Positions 1 through 11,424 of a stretch of DNA of 64,000 bases are shown one piece after another. The notes beneath the pieces were generated by a model, which searched no databases, was not told the origin of the DNA, and saw nothing but the letters and a program-made list of their open reading frames with translations. The stretch is from an uncultured Gemmataceae bacterium (GTDB lineage Bacteria; Planctomycetota; Planctomycetia; Gemmatales; Gemmataceae): positions 1,344,001 to 1,408,000 of the forward strand of contig CAVVPN010000003.1 of the NCBI GenBank assembly GCA_963750165.1, written 5' to 3'. Made by a program: the position numbers and the translations under genes. Within the stretch, counting starts at the first letter, position 1. Every line of letters begins with the position of its first letter.

Positions 1-1727
1 AAGAAGGCCATCCAGGCGGTGCCGTCGGCCTGCTCCAACGCGGCACCGCCGGGCAGCGGCCGGCTGCGGTCGAAGACGCCGATATTGTCCAGCCCCAGGA
101 AGCCGCCCGAGAACAGGTTCCGGCCGGACACGTCCTTGCGGTTGACCCACCAGGTAAAGTTGAGCAGCATTTTCTGGAACACGCGCTCCAGGAAGAGGCG
201 GTCACGGCAGCCACGAGCCGAGCAAATCTTGTAGACGCGGAAGGCGGCCCAGGCGTACACGGGCGGGTTGGCGTCGCCGAAGTCGTACTCGTAGGCGGGC
301 AGCTGACCGTTGGGGTGCATGTACCACTCGCGCGTCAGCAGCAGCAGTTGCTGCTTGGCGAAGTCCGGGTCGATGCGGGCGACGGCAACGAGGTGAAACG
401 CCAGGTCCCAGGTGGCGTACCAGGGGTACTCCCACTTGTCCGGCATGGAAATCACGTCGCGATTAAACAGGTGCGGCCAGTCATGGTTGCGGCCCGCGCC
501 GTGACCGGACTGGGGCGGTGGCTGGCCGGGATCGCCCTCCAGCCACGGCCGCACCGCGTAATGGTAGAACTGCCGCGACCAGATCAGCCCGGCGTAGGCC
601 AGCCGTGCGAGGCGCCGCTGCTCCGGCTCGACTGCGGCGGGGATGCGGTGCGCGTAGAACTGATCGGCCTCGGCAAGGCGGCGTGCGAACACCGCGTCGA
701 AATCCGCGAAGGGCGTGGTGGTCGCGTCGGCATCGCGACACAGCCGCAGCCGCACCACCGCCGCGGCGCCCGCCTCCAGGTCGAGCACGTACAGCGCCGC
801 CACCTTGGTCCCGGTCAGTTGTGGGTTGACCGCGTCCGTTCGGCCGTGGATGACGTACTCGTGAAAGGCATCCTTGGTGTACGATCCGGCGTTGACGCTG
901 CCGAAGAGGCGTGCCGCGTTCGTCTCGTTGTCGGTGAACAGCAGCGGCGGCGGCCGGCCATCGGGGTCAGGCCCGGCGACCAGGCGGAAGGGGTCGAGGG
1001 CGACGTGTGCGGTCGTGATGGTCGCGGGGCCGGCGGCGGTCAGGCGCGGCTTCGGCCAGCAGCCTTCGTGCGTGCATTGCCATGACCAGGTGTTGCGAAA
1101 CCACAGTGTCGGCAGCAGGTGCAGCCGGGCGGGGCCGGGGCCGCGGTTGGCCACGGTCACGCGGATGAGGATGTCATCGGGGCTGGCCTTGGCGTACTCC
1201 GCGAACACGTCGAAGTAGCGCGAATCGCGGAAGACGCCGGTGTCGGCCAGTTCGTACTCGCGCTCATCGCGGCCGCGCCAGCCATTCTCCGCGACCAGTT
1301 GCTGATAAGGGAAGGCGGCGTGCGGGTACTTGTAGAGGCCCTTGCAGTACGAAGCGGTCGGCGTGGCATCGAGATAAAAATATTCCTCTTTCACGTCCTC
1401 GCCGTGGTTGCCCTGCGGGTTGGTCAGGCCGAAGAGGCGTTCTTTCAGGATGGGATCCTGGCCGTTCCACAGGGCCAGGGCGAAGCACAACCGACATTCG
1501 CGGTCGCAAAAGCCGAGGAGGCCGTCCTCGCCCCAGCGGTAAGCGCGGCTGCGGGCCTGGTCGTGCGGGAAGTAATCCCAGGCGTCACCGTCGGCGGAGT
1601 AGTCCTCGCGGACGGTGCCCCACTGCCGCTCGGACAGGTACGGCCCCCAGCGCTTCCAGTTTTTCTGGCGGCGCATGTCTTCCAGGAGGCGCTGCGTTTC
1701 GGGGTCGGGTGGCAGGTCAGGGGGCAT
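1..1727 (-). CDS. Glycoside hydrolase family 63-like (MGH1-like) glucosidase, 3' end outside window
   Basis: Manually translated open frame from ATG 1727 to the window edge (absent from the ORF track because it has no stop): [85 protein letters not shown]. Confidence 0.85.
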   Translation of the reverse strand, partial: MPPDLPPDPETQRLLEDMRRQKNWKRWGPYLSERQWGTVREDYSADGDAWDYFPHDQARSRAYRWGEDGLLGFCDRECRLCFALALWNGQDPILKERLFGLTNPQGNHGEDVKEEYFYLDATPTASYCKGLYKYPHAAFPYQQLVAENGWRGRDEREYELADTGVFRDSRYFDVFAEYAKASPDDILIRVTVANRGPGPARLHLLPTLWFRNTWSWQCTHEGCWPKPRLTAAGPATITTAHVALDPFRLVAGPDPDGRPPPLLFTDNETNAARLFGSVNAGSYTKDAFHEYVIHGRTDAVNPQLTGTKVAALYVLDLEAGAAAVVRLRLCRDADATTTPFADFDAVFARRLAEADQFYAHRIPAAVEPEQRRLARLAYAGLIWSRQFYHYAVRPWLEGDPGQPPPQSGHGAGRNHDWPHLFNRDVISMPDKWEYPWYATWDLAFHLVAVARIDPDFAKQQLLLLTREWYMHPNGQLPAYEYDFGDANPPVYAWAAFRVYKICSARGCRDRLFLERVFQKMLLNFTWWVNRKDVSGRNLFSGGFLGLDNIGVFDRSRPLPGGAALEQADGTAWMAF

Positions 1728-1779
1728 GGCCCGGAGACTCCTTGCGCATATTCCACTGCCGTGACGCCGCCCCAGGGAT

Positions 1780-1829
1780 GCCGAATCTCGACATGTGAAA
1801 AAGTTGGCTCCCTTGGCTCCCTTGCTGCG
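1780..1829 (+). repeat. Dispersed repeat family X, single core
   Basis: TCTCGACATGTGAAAAAGTTGGC-TCC-CTTGGC-TCC-CTTGC; same core at 20609, 20719, 23916 (+) and 32022, 32132, 49748 (-). Confidence 0.9.
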
Positions 1830-1874
1830 TAAACGGGGGACACGTCGCGCCGCCGCGTGCCACCGCTGCCAGCA

Positions 1875-2864
1875 TCAGTGCGGCGCCACGGCCAGCCACG
1901 ACGCGACGCGGGCGGCGCCCAGCAGGGCGGTGTTCTCGTTCAGCACGACGCGCACCGGGATCGCCTGCAGCAGGTGCAGCATCCGTCCCTTGTCCAGGAA
2001 CGCTTCCAGGAAAAGCGGTTCGCGGAACTTCGCCAAATTCTTCGGGACGATGCCGCCGCCCAGGAAAACGCCGCCGGTCGCCAGCAGTTTCAACGCCAGG
2101 TTGCCCGCCTCGGCGCCGTAGATGCTGACGAACAGGTTCAGCGCCTGCACGCACAGTTCGCTCTGGCCCGCCAGCCCCGCTTTGGAAATCGCCGCCGCGG
2201 GGTCCGTGACGCCGAACTGCTGACACAACGCGGGCAGTTCGTCCGCTCGGCCGCCGCGCTGCCGCAAAAATTCATAGACGTTGTGCAGCCCCGGCCCGGA
2301 GAGGACGCGCTCGAAGCTGACGCGGCCGAACTGCGCGGTCAGGTGGACCAGCAGTTCCGACTCCAGGGCGTTGCGCGGCGCGAAGTCGCAGTGGCCGCCC
2401 TCGGAGGCGAACGGCCGGTGTTTGGTGCCGTCCCAGTACAGCCCCGCCTCGCCCAGGCCGGTACCGGCCGAGATCAGCGCCGCGTTGCCGGACACGGCCG
2501 GGCCGCCGGGGTTCAGGACGGCGAAGTCGTCCGGCCCCAGCGCGGCCAGGCCGTGGGCGTTGGCCTCCAGGTCATTGATCAGCAGCACCGACCGCGCGCG
2601 CAGTTCGTCCTGGAGGTGGTCGGCGTCCACGATCCAGGGCAGGTTGGGCGTCTCCACGCGGCCCTGCCGCACCGGCCCGGCGATGCCCAGACAGATGCGC
2701 TCCGGCTGGCGCTGCCCGTCCAGGAACGCGCGCAGGATCGGCGCCATCCCCGGGTAGTCACGACTTTTGTAGACGCCCTGGACGATTGCGCGGACGCGGT
2801 CGCCGTCGCGCTCGAAGAGCCCGAGGCGTGTGTGTGTGCCACCGATGTCGCCGGCCAGGAACAT
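1875..2864 (-). CDS. glk: Glucokinase
   Basis: LAGDIGGT, LINDLEA, AGTGLG, SEGGH, ERVLSGPG, GGVFLGGGI motifs. Confidence 0.93.
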   Translation of the reverse strand: MFLAGDIGGTHTRLGLFERDGDRVRAIVQGVYKSRDYPGMAPILRAFLDGQRQPERICLGIAGPVRQGRVETPNLPWIVDADHLQDELRARSVLLINDLEANAHGLAALGPDDFAVLNPGGPAVSGNAALISAGTGLGEAGLYWDGTKHRPFASEGGHCDFAPRNALESELLVHLTAQFGRVSFERVLSGPGLHNVYEFLRQRGGRADELPALCQQFGVTDPAAAISKAGLAGQSELCVQALNLFVSIYGAEAGNLALKLLATGGVFLGGGIVPKNLAKFREPLFLEAFLDKGRMLHLLQAIPVRVVLNENTALLGAARVASWLAVAPH

Positions 2865-2879
2865 GCGGGGAACCTCCGG

Positions 2880-3314
2880 TTACGACGCGGGCAGCAGCGT
2901 GGCCTTGAGTTCAATGCGCGGCCCGGCCAGCGCCTTGGACACGGGGCAATTCTTCTTCGCCGTTTCGGCCTGTTGCTGGAACATGGCAGCATCAATGCCG
3001 GGCACTTCCGCTTCCGTTTCCAGGTCGATCCGGCTGATCTCGAAGCCGCCCGGGATGGCGTCGAGGCGGACCTTCGCGGTGGTGTGGATGCGGCGCGGCG
3101 GGTGGCCGGCCGCCGACAGCTGGGCGGACAGGGCCATGCTGAAACAGCCGGCGTGGGCGGCGGCGATCAACTCCTCGGGGTTGGTGCCGGTGCCGTTCTC
3201 AAACCGCGACTTGAACGTGTACGGCCCCGTGTAGGCGCCGCTGCCGAACTTGATGGTGCCGTCGCCGTTTTTCAAATCGCCACGCCACTCGGCCTCGGAA
3301 CTGCGCACGACCAT
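2880..3314 (-). CDS. osmC: OsmC family peroxiredoxin
   Basis: GTNPEELIAAAHAGCFSMAL and AKKNCPVSKAL motifs. Confidence 0.93.
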   Translation of the reverse strand: MVVRSSEAEWRGDLKNGDGTIKFGSGAYTGPYTFKSRFENGTGTNPEELIAAAHAGCFSMALSAQLSAAGHPPRRIHTTAKVRLDAIPGGFEISRIDLETEAEVPGIDAAMFQQQAETAKKNCPVSKALAGPRIELKATLLPAS

Positions 3315-3387
3315 GAATCACCTCCCAAGTTAGTAGCCGAAGTCGTGAGACTTCGGACGGAACTGAACTCTCACGCGATGCAACCCC

Positions 3388-3555
3388 CTGTTGTGGCCCG
3401 GTCTCCCGACCGAGCCACGGCTGCGACCGAAGGTCTCCTCTTCAAGCGCCCGGCACGCGGGGAGACCTTCGGTCCGGCCCGGTGGCGTGGTCGGGAGACC
3501 ACGCCACAACAGGGGTCCGGCCCGGTGGCGTGGTCCGGAGACCACGCCACAACAG
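3388..3555. repeat. Composite REP/BIME-like palindromic element with a 43-bp tandem duplication
   Basis: CTGTTGTGGCCCGGTCTCCCGACC (3388) inverted to GGTCGGGAGACCACGCCACAACAG; inner IR GACCGAAGGTCTCC/GGAGACCTTCGGTC; unit 3471-3512 repeated at 3514-3555. Confidence 0.85.
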
Positions 3556-3588
3556 AAAACCCACCTCTTTACTGGGCGAGGGTGCGGG

Positions 3589-5712
3589 TCACTTCGCCTT
3601 CGCCAGCTGGGCCTTCGCCGCGGCGACGACGTGCTCGACCGTGAAGCCAAACTTCTTCAGCAACTCCTTCAGCGGGGCCGACGCCCCGAAGGTCTTCATG
3701 CCAAGGATGACGCCCGTGGTGCCGACGTACTGGTTCCAGCCGAACGTGGACGCCTGCTCGACCGCCACGCGCACCGTGACGCCGGCCGGCAGCACGCTAT
3801 CGCGGTACTCCGCCGGCTGATGCTCGAACACGTCCCACGACGGCATGCTCACCACGCGGGCCTTGACGCCCTCCTTCTTCAGCTGCTCGTACGCGCCGAC
3901 GCACAGTTGCACCTCGCTGCCGGTCGCCAGCAGCAGCACGTCCGGCTTGCCGTCCGGCGCGTCAGCCATCACATATGCGCCCTTGTGCAGCCCCGCGGCG
4001 GAGGCGTACCTGTCGCGGTCCAGGATCGGCAGATCCTGGCGCGTCAGCACCAGCACGGCCGGCTCGTGCCGCAATGGCATGATGTACTTCCACGCCTCGA
4101 CGACCTCGTTCGCGTCCGCCGGCCGCACCACGGTCAGGCCCGGGATGGCCCGCAGCGACGCCAGCTGCTCGATCGGCTGGTGCGTCGGCCCGTCCTCGCC
4201 GACGCCGATCGAGTCGTGCGTGAACACGTAAATCACCGGGATTTCCATGATCGCCGCCAGGCGAATGGGCATCCGGCCGTAGTCGCTGAAGATCAGGAAG
4301 CCCGAGCCGAAGGGCCGCAGCTTGCTCACGGACAGGCCGTTCATCACCGCGCCCATCGCGTGTTCGCGGATGCCGAAGTGGAAGTTCCGACCGCCGTAGT
4401 TGTCCGGCTCGAAGTCGCCAGCCCCCTCGAACTTCAGCGTCGTCTTGGTCGAGGCCGCCAGGTCGGCGGCGCCGCCGAGCAGCCACGGCACGTTCTTCGC
4501 GACGGCGTTCAGCATCTTGGCCGACGCCTCGCGCGTGGAGATGGCCGCGGCCTTTTTCTTGCCGGGGTTCTTGGGGTCGTCCACATCGGCCCAGGAAAAG
4601 CTGGGCAGACCGCGGTCCCAGCCGTCGGGCAGCCGTCGCTTCTGCATGCGCTCCAGGGCGTCAGCCAGGTCGGGGTGCTGCTTCTTGTACTCGGCCAGCT
4701 TCGCCCACCAGGCGGCGCACAGCGCCTTGCCGCGGGCGCCGATGCCGGCGCGAAAGGTGTCATACACACCGGCGGGCACGTCGAAGTGCTTGTCGGGGTC
4801 CAGGCCGAAGAACTGCTTGGCGCCGCGGATGGCGTCCTCGCCGAGCGGCTCGCCGTGCGCCTTGGGCGAGTCCTGCTTGCCCGGCACGCCGTAGGCGATG
4901 TGGCTGTCCACGACCACGAACGTCGGCCGGCCCTTCGTCGCGTGGAAGTCCGCCAGCACCTTGCGGATCATGCCCACGTTGTTGGCGTCGGTCACGTGCA
5001 GGACGTTCCAGCCATACGCCTTGAAGCGCTCCCCCACGTTTTCGGTGAACGTGATGGAGGTCTTGCCGTCGATGGTGATGTGGTTGTTGTCGTACAGCCA
5101 GCACAGGTTGTCGAGCTGGAGGTGGCCGGCCAGCGACGCCGCCTCGCCGGAGATGCCCTCCATCATGTCGCCGTCGCCGCAGATGGCGTAGACGTTGTAG
5201 TCGAACAGCTCGAAACCGGGGCGGTTGTAGTGGACGGTCAGCCACTTCGCGGCGATGGCCATGCCGACGCTGTTGGCGACGCCCTGGCCGAGCGGGCCGG
5301 TGGTCGTCTCGACGCCGCTGGTCAGGCGGTACTCGGGATGGCCGGGCGTCTTGCTGTCGATCTGGCGGAAGTGCTCGATGTCCTTGAGCGTCACCGACGG
5401 GTTGCCGGGGATCTCGTAATCCTTGTCGACGGCCTTGACGCCGGCCAGGTGCAGCAGCGAATACAGCAGCATGGAAGCGTGGCCGTTGGACAGGACGAAG
5501 CGATCGCGGTTCGGCCAGATGGGGTCGGCGGGGTCGAAGCGGAGCACGTCCTGCCAGAGAGTGTAGGCCAGCGGGGCCAGGGCGACGGGCGTGCCGGGGT
5601 GGCCGGAGTTGGCTTTCTGCACCGCGTCCATGGCCAGGCCGCGGATGGTGTTGATGGCCAGCAAATCGGCGGCGGCGCTCCTGGCGGGGGCCGCGGGGGT
5701 CGCTACAGACAT
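3589..5712 (-). CDS. tkt: Transketolase
   Basis: ANSGHPG, RDRFVLSNGHAS, GDGDMMEG, THDSIGVGEDGPTHQP motifs, 707 aa. Confidence 0.97.
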   Translation of the reverse strand: MSVATPAAPARSAAADLLAINTIRGLAMDAVQKANSGHPGTPVALAPLAYTLWQDVLRFDPADPIWPNRDRFVLSNGHASMLLYSLLHLAGVKAVDKDYEIPGNPSVTLKDIEHFRQIDSKTPGHPEYRLTSGVETTTGPLGQGVANSVGMAIAAKWLTVHYNRPGFELFDYNVYAICGDGDMMEGISGEAASLAGHLQLDNLCWLYDNNHITIDGKTSITFTENVGERFKAYGWNVLHVTDANNVGMIRKVLADFHATKGRPTFVVVDSHIAYGVPGKQDSPKAHGEPLGEDAIRGAKQFFGLDPDKHFDVPAGVYDTFRAGIGARGKALCAAWWAKLAEYKKQHPDLADALERMQKRRLPDGWDRGLPSFSWADVDDPKNPGKKKAAAISTREASAKMLNAVAKNVPWLLGGAADLAASTKTTLKFEGAGDFEPDNYGGRNFHFGIREHAMGAVMNGLSVSKLRPFGSGFLIFSDYGRMPIRLAAIMEIPVIYVFTHDSIGVGEDGPTHQPIEQLASLRAIPGLTVVRPADANEVVEAWKYIMPLRHEPAVLVLTRQDLPILDRDRYASAAGLHKGAYVMADAPDGKPDVLLLATGSEVQLCVGAYEQLKKEGVKARVVSMPSWDVFEHQPAEYRDSVLPAGVTVRVAVEQASTFGWNQYVGTTGVILGMKTFGASAPLKELLKKFGFTVEHVVAAAKAQLAKAK

Positions 5713-5786
5713 GAGATTCTCCTTGCACAGGGGGAACGAGGCACGCCATCGTCATTGTGCGCGGCGCCGCCGCGGTGGCCAGAGGC

Positions 5787-6335
<549 letters not shown>

Positions 6336-6417
6336 TATTAAGCCTCTTTTCCCCGGGCGATGCACGATTCGCGAATAATGAACCAGAGGCACCTTCCCGG
6401 ACCCCTTGGAGAAACCC

Positions 6418-6850
6418 ATGTCACGAAAAGCCACTGGCTGGTTCCGCGAGCAAGACGGCTTCTACAACACCACCTTCTGCGGCAAGCAAGTCAAACTGTC
6501 CCAGGACAAGGACGAGGACGAACGGGCATTCCACGCCCTGCACGCCAGCGTCTCCGAAGAGCCCGAGGCTGGCGGCTACCGGCCGACCTTCCGCAAGCTG
6601 GCTGACCTCTATCTGGATTTTACCCAGCAGGCCAAGAGCGAGCAGACTTACGCCCACCAGAGGTATTTTTTGCAGCTGTTCTGCGACCACCTCTGCAGCT
6701 AACGAGCCGCCGAGGTGAAAGCGGGGGATGTGACCGCGTGGGTGCTCAAGTTCAAGGGCCGGTGGGGGCACAACACGTAGGTGATATCCCGTGGCCTCGT
6801 CGCGGCGTGCCTGAATTGGGCCGTCGAGCAGGGCTTCCTGCCCTACTGCC
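6418..6850 (+). pseudogene. N-terminal remnant of a tyrosine recombinase/integrase
   Basis: MSRKATGWFREQDG..GKQVKL..TFRKLADLYLDF..SEQTY..LQLFCDH then through stops TAA 6700 and TAG 6778: AAEVKAGDVTAWV..WGHNT*..VAACLNWAVEQG; resembles arm-binding and SAM-like domains; no catalytic domain follows. Confidence 0.65.
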
Positions 6851-6954
6851 GCCCCGATTCCGAATCCGCCCAGCCCTTCGGCGGAGGTTCGGCTGGGCTT
6901 GGCTGTCGCGAACACCCGGTGGCGTTTTTCCCAGCCCTCGGCCAAAATCAACGG

Positions 6955-9761
6955 TCAGTTCGTGCTCTTGGTAATGAACTCCACCACCGGCTGGAGGTGT
7001 TTTGGCGCGAGCGGGTAATGCCCCGCGCCTTCCTGGACGATGACCGTGATCCGGCCATCGAGTTCCCGGTAGCGCTTCTCGGCGACTCCCGTCTGCCCCT
7101 GGAGCCAGGGGTCGCGGCTGCCGCAAACGTGTAGCAGCGGCACCCCGGCCTTGGCCAGCACCGCCAGCTGATCGAGGGGCTGTTTTTTCGACATGTGACT
7201 GCGCAGGATGGGGTTCTCGCCGTAGACGCAACTCACCTTGTCCGGGTTCGCGACCGCCCAGGCGTACGCCTCCCCGGCAGCCCCCCCGCGCCTGCCAGGA
7301 CCGGCTTTCGGGAAAAGCCGTGGTTGGTGAAATACTTGTACACGGCGTTCCACTGTTGCAACACTGGGCCGTTGGTGTCCGTGGGCACGGGGCCAGTGAC
7401 GACGTGAAACCCTTTGGCCAACAGCGCCAGATCCACCACTGCGTCCCGGCCGACGAAGTCCGCCCGGAACACCCAGGGCTTCCCCAGGGCCGCCGCCCGC
7501 GGCGCGATCACGGTGACGGCCCCCTTGATGCCGTTGAGCCGAAATTCGTAGCGGTCGAAAGACGCCGTGAACGACGGCCCGCGACAGGTGATGTACGTCC
7601 CTTCCTTCGGGAAGTCGCGGTACAGGCTCTCGACGCCGTAGAAGGCGGACTTCGTGTGCAACTTGCCGGCGAAGGTGGGCGGGGCGCCGCCGGCCGGCTG
7701 AAGGCTCCGCACAATGAAGTCCGCAATCGGCGCCGGGTCGCGCAGGCTGTGCGGGTGATGACCGGCGCCTTCCTTAATCATCATGGAGATGCGGCCGCCC
7801 AGCTGCTGATAAATGTTCTCGACCACCAGCGTGTGCTTTCCCAGGAGGGGGTCGAGGCTGCCGCAGACGTGCAGCAAGGGGATGTCGTGCCGCGCCAGCG
7901 CCCCGAGTTTCGCCAGGCTGTCCGGGCTGATCGCGGGGTTGTCGGCGTAGATGCAAGCGACCTTGTCGGGGTGGGTCGTGGCCCAGGTGAAGGCGTTACG
8001 CCCGCCCCGGCTCATGCCGACGAACGCCGGCCGGGGAGACAGCCCGTGCTTCTCCGTCAGGAACGTGTACCACGCCTCCCACTGCTTGCCGGCGTCGGCC
8101 TGGATGTAGCCGACGTGGAAGCCGCGCCGGAGCAACTCCACCTCAACCTGGGGCTCGTGGTCGAAGTAATAGCCGCGCCAGGACCACGGCTTGCCAGGCG
8201 CCGCCTTCTTCGGGACGACCACCACGCACCGTAACTGACCCTTGACCTGCTGTTTGATCCCGTTTTTCTCATCCGCCGTCGCCTTGAACGGCTTGATGGC
8301 CAGGCTCTCCTTGTCCATCAGGAAGTCGTAACGGTCGAACCCGTGCCAGGCCGTCTTCTCGCCCGTGAAGGCCGCGGGGGCTTCCGCCTTGCGCTGGGCC
8401 GCGGCGGCGTCGCCGGATTGCCTGGGGCCTGCGGGTTTTTCCCGAACCGGCAACTCGTCCCGGGCCGCCACCTCGCCGCGCAGGAGCTTGCCCGCCATGC
8501 CCGTCAGCCACAGGTAATGGTCACTGGGCAAGCCTTGCAGGGTGAGGAACTTGCTCGCCCCCACCGGTGGGTCATTCGTGCATTTGAAGATCGCCGTGCC
8601 CTCGTCCATTTCGTCGAACATGGCCACGTAGAGCATCGCCGCCCCGGCTTTTTTCGCCTCGGCGAACTGCTTCCACAGGAACCGGCCCTGCTGCCGCGGG
8701 ATCTCATCCAGCGCCGACTTCGGGCGCAGGTTGTGCCAGCTGAAACCGGGAAAGACGACCGGCAGGTACTCCTTGCCCCGGTCCTGGCACCATTTGCCAT
8801 CAGGGGCCCAGCGCTGCCGGGCGTGGTCCGCAACGTTTTGGAGCGACCGATAGCGGCCCACCGTCCACGGACTGACGACATCCGCCCTGGCGATGATCCG
8901 GTGCAGGGCCGGGTCCTTGACGCTGTCCCGGTCCAGGGTGCGCCAGCCGGTCGGCACGCCCAGCAAGACGGTGCAGCCCCCGTATTCCTTGTCGTTCTTG
9001 AGAAAATCCACAAGCTTCTCACATTCGTCCAGGCTGTACTTCCGGCCGTCGTTGAAGCCGACGCCCCAGACCGCCACGACCGGCCTGCCCTGGTGGCGCA
9101 GATAGGCGGCGTCCTTCGCGTCCTTGCCGATTTTCATGCGGCCCACCAACAGCTTCCAGTCCTCAATGACGCGCCGGGTGCCACCGGCGGACAGGCCCGA
9201 CAGGTCGTACATGACGGCGTAACAGCGCCCGGAGCGGTTGGCCCCTTCGCGGCAGTGCGCCAGGACGGTGTTGCAGTGCCGCAGGTCTTTCGGCTGGACC
9301 GTCTCGACGGCGAAGCGCTGCACGAACACGCCGTCAATGCCGTACTGCTCCATCCAGCGGAAGTGCCGCAGCACGGTTTTGGGGTGATGGGAGCTGAACA
9401 CCTCGGCCACCCGGCCGTTCTGGTGCCGGAAGGGCGTCGCGATTTTTTCGTCTGCTTCCAGTTCGCTCACGTCGGGCCACAGGTCGATGCTGCACGAGCC
9501 GGGTTTGAACTGACCCCGACTCGGGTAGTGGCGCCAGCCGCGGCCGGACCCGTCGCCGGGAGCCGTGAACCAACCCTGGTAGCCGCACAGAACCTTCCCG
9601 GTCAGGGTGGAAGCATCCACGCCCTTGGCCGACGGCCCGTCGTAGGGGCGCATGGCGGCGATCACTGCATCCCGGGTCGGCGTTGGCTGCTCGGCCTCAG
9701 CCGGCGCCCAGCAGCCGAGGGGGAGGGCCAGGAAGACCAGAACTCGAACCAGCGGGTTCAT
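6955..9761 (-). CDS. Secreted GH71/99-like glycoside hydrolase fused to two alpha/beta-hydrolase domains (1-bp frameshift ~7285)
   Basis: Signal peptide MNPLVRVLVFLALPLGCWAPAEA; YQGWF, DGVFVQRF, PVVFPGFSWHN, YVAMFDEMDEGTAIFK; GMSRGG hydrolase; second repeat continues in ORF 6955..7353 after a G-run indel. Confidence 0.75.
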
Positions 9762-9951
9762 CGGGACCACCTCCGCGCACCAGAAGAGAGCGCAACCAAG
9801 TGACTTGGTTTTTATGTTACAGAAACCGTCCACAGCCCCCAACCAAGGGACGGCGAGAGACGCGCAAGGCAGCGGTTGGTAGAATTTGCTGAGGGCTGCA
9901 GGTGGCCCACCAAAGTTGGCAATCCGATGTCGCCGCCCAGGAAGGACCCGC

Positions 9952-10182
9952 ATGGCACGGAAACCCAAGGAGGCCCGTCGGGAGACGCTCTCCGTCAGCG
10001 TCGATGCTTGCCGAGTCCGTATGCAGACCGGGGAAGCCGTTGTGTTTCTCGACGTTCGCAAGGACGAGGACCGGGCTGCCAGCCCTAGCCAGATAGCCGG
10101 TTCTCTCCGCCTCGCCGCTGCCGACGGGGCCGCTCAGCCGCCCTGCCCGAAGCACAACTACATCGTCGTCTACTGTGCCTGA
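9952..10182 (+). CDS. Rhodanese-like domain protein ending in YCA-UGA (possible Sec read-through)
   Basis: VVFLDVR..SQIAGSLR..IVVYCA*; in-frame continuation LRQASSTRVVLRLM. Confidence 0.65.
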   Translation: MARKPKEARRETLSVSVDACRVRMQTGEAVVFLDVRKDEDRAASPSQIAGSLRLAAADGAAQPPCPKHNYIVVYCA

Positions 10183-10276
10183 CTGCGTCAAGCCTCCAGC
10201 ACCCGTGTGGTGCTGCGGTTAATGATGACGGCGGTAGTGGTTGTCATGGTTTTTCCTGCGCGTTCGGCGAATGCAA

Positions 10277-11312
10277 TCAATCAAACAACGTCCCCTGCGG
10301 ATCAGGCGGCCGCTTCATCGGCTTGCCGAGGTGCTGGTACGCCCTGGGCGTCGCCAGCCGGCCGCGCGGCGTACGGACGATGTACTGCTCGCGCAACAAA
10401 TACGGCTCGATCTCGTCGCTGAGCGTGTCCGCTGGCAGATTCATGGTGGCGGCGATGGCCTCGACGCCCGTCGGGCCGCCCTGGAAGACGCCGATCAGCG
10501 TTTCCAGGTAACGGCGGTCCTGTTTGTCCAGCCCCTCAACATCGACCTCCGCCATTGCCAGCGCGGCCTTCGCCACGTCGAGACTGATGCGGCCGTCGTG
10601 CTCGCTGGTGGTGTAGTGGCGCGCCCACCACAGCCGGGCGTTGGCGATGCGCGGCGTGCCGCGGCTGCGGCGCGCGATCTCCAGCGCCGCGTCGTCGCTG
10701 ATCTCCGTGTTCAGCTTCTTCGCGTTGATGCGGACAATCGTCGACCAACTCCTCGACGGTGTAAAACTCCAGGTGCTCGTGCATCTTGAAGCGGTCGCGC
10801 ATCGGGCTCGACAGCATACCGCTGCGTGTGGTGGCGCCGATGAGCGTGAAGTGCTTCAACTTCAGGTTGATGGTCCGGGCGTTCATGCCCTCGCCGAGCA
10901 CGATATCGACGCGGAAATCCTCCATCGCCGGGTAGATGAACTCTTCCACGACGCGCGGCATCCGGTGGATTTCGTCGATGAACAGGAACGAGCCTTCCTC
11001 GACATTGGTGAGGAACGGCAGCAGGTCCGCGGGCTTGGACAGGGCGGGGCCGCTGGTCATCTGAATGGACGTGCCCAGCTCGTTCGGCAGCACTGTGGCG
11101 AACGTGGTTTTGCCGAGGCCGGGCGGCCCATCGAAGAGGATGTGCGACAGCGGTTCCTTGAGTTTCTTGCAGGCGTTCAGGACGATGCCGAGGCGCTGCA
11201 CCACCGCTTTCTGGCCGATGACTTCGCGCAGCCAGCGCGGCCGCAGGGCGGCGTCGCGCTCGCGCTGGTTGTCGCCGTCCGGGTTGCCCTGGACCACTGC
11301 TTGCCGGGCCAT
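10277..11312 (-). CDS. ruvB: Holliday junction branch migration helicase RuvB (1-bp frameshift ~10745)
   Basis: LRP, GPPGLGKTT, FIDEIHR, GATTRSG; C-terminal part ARRSRGTPRIAN..EPYL..RTPRGR in the shifted frame. Confidence 0.93.
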
Positions 11313-11340
11313 GAATGGAGTCTCCCGCGAAGGGCCCGCT

Positions 11341-11422
11341 GTTCTGCCGCTTGCGGCTTAGCGCTCTGAAACCCATCTCCCGTTCGATGGGCCGCAGCGC
11401 GCTAAGCCGCAAGCGGCAGAAC
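11341..11422. repeat. REP-like palindrome (GCCGCTTGCGGC family), copy 1
   Basis: 24-bp IR GTTCTGCCGCTTGCGGCTTAGCGC / GCGCTAAGCCGCAAGCGGCAGAAC; related copy at 18059-18141. Confidence 0.85.
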
Positions 11423-11424
11423 CA

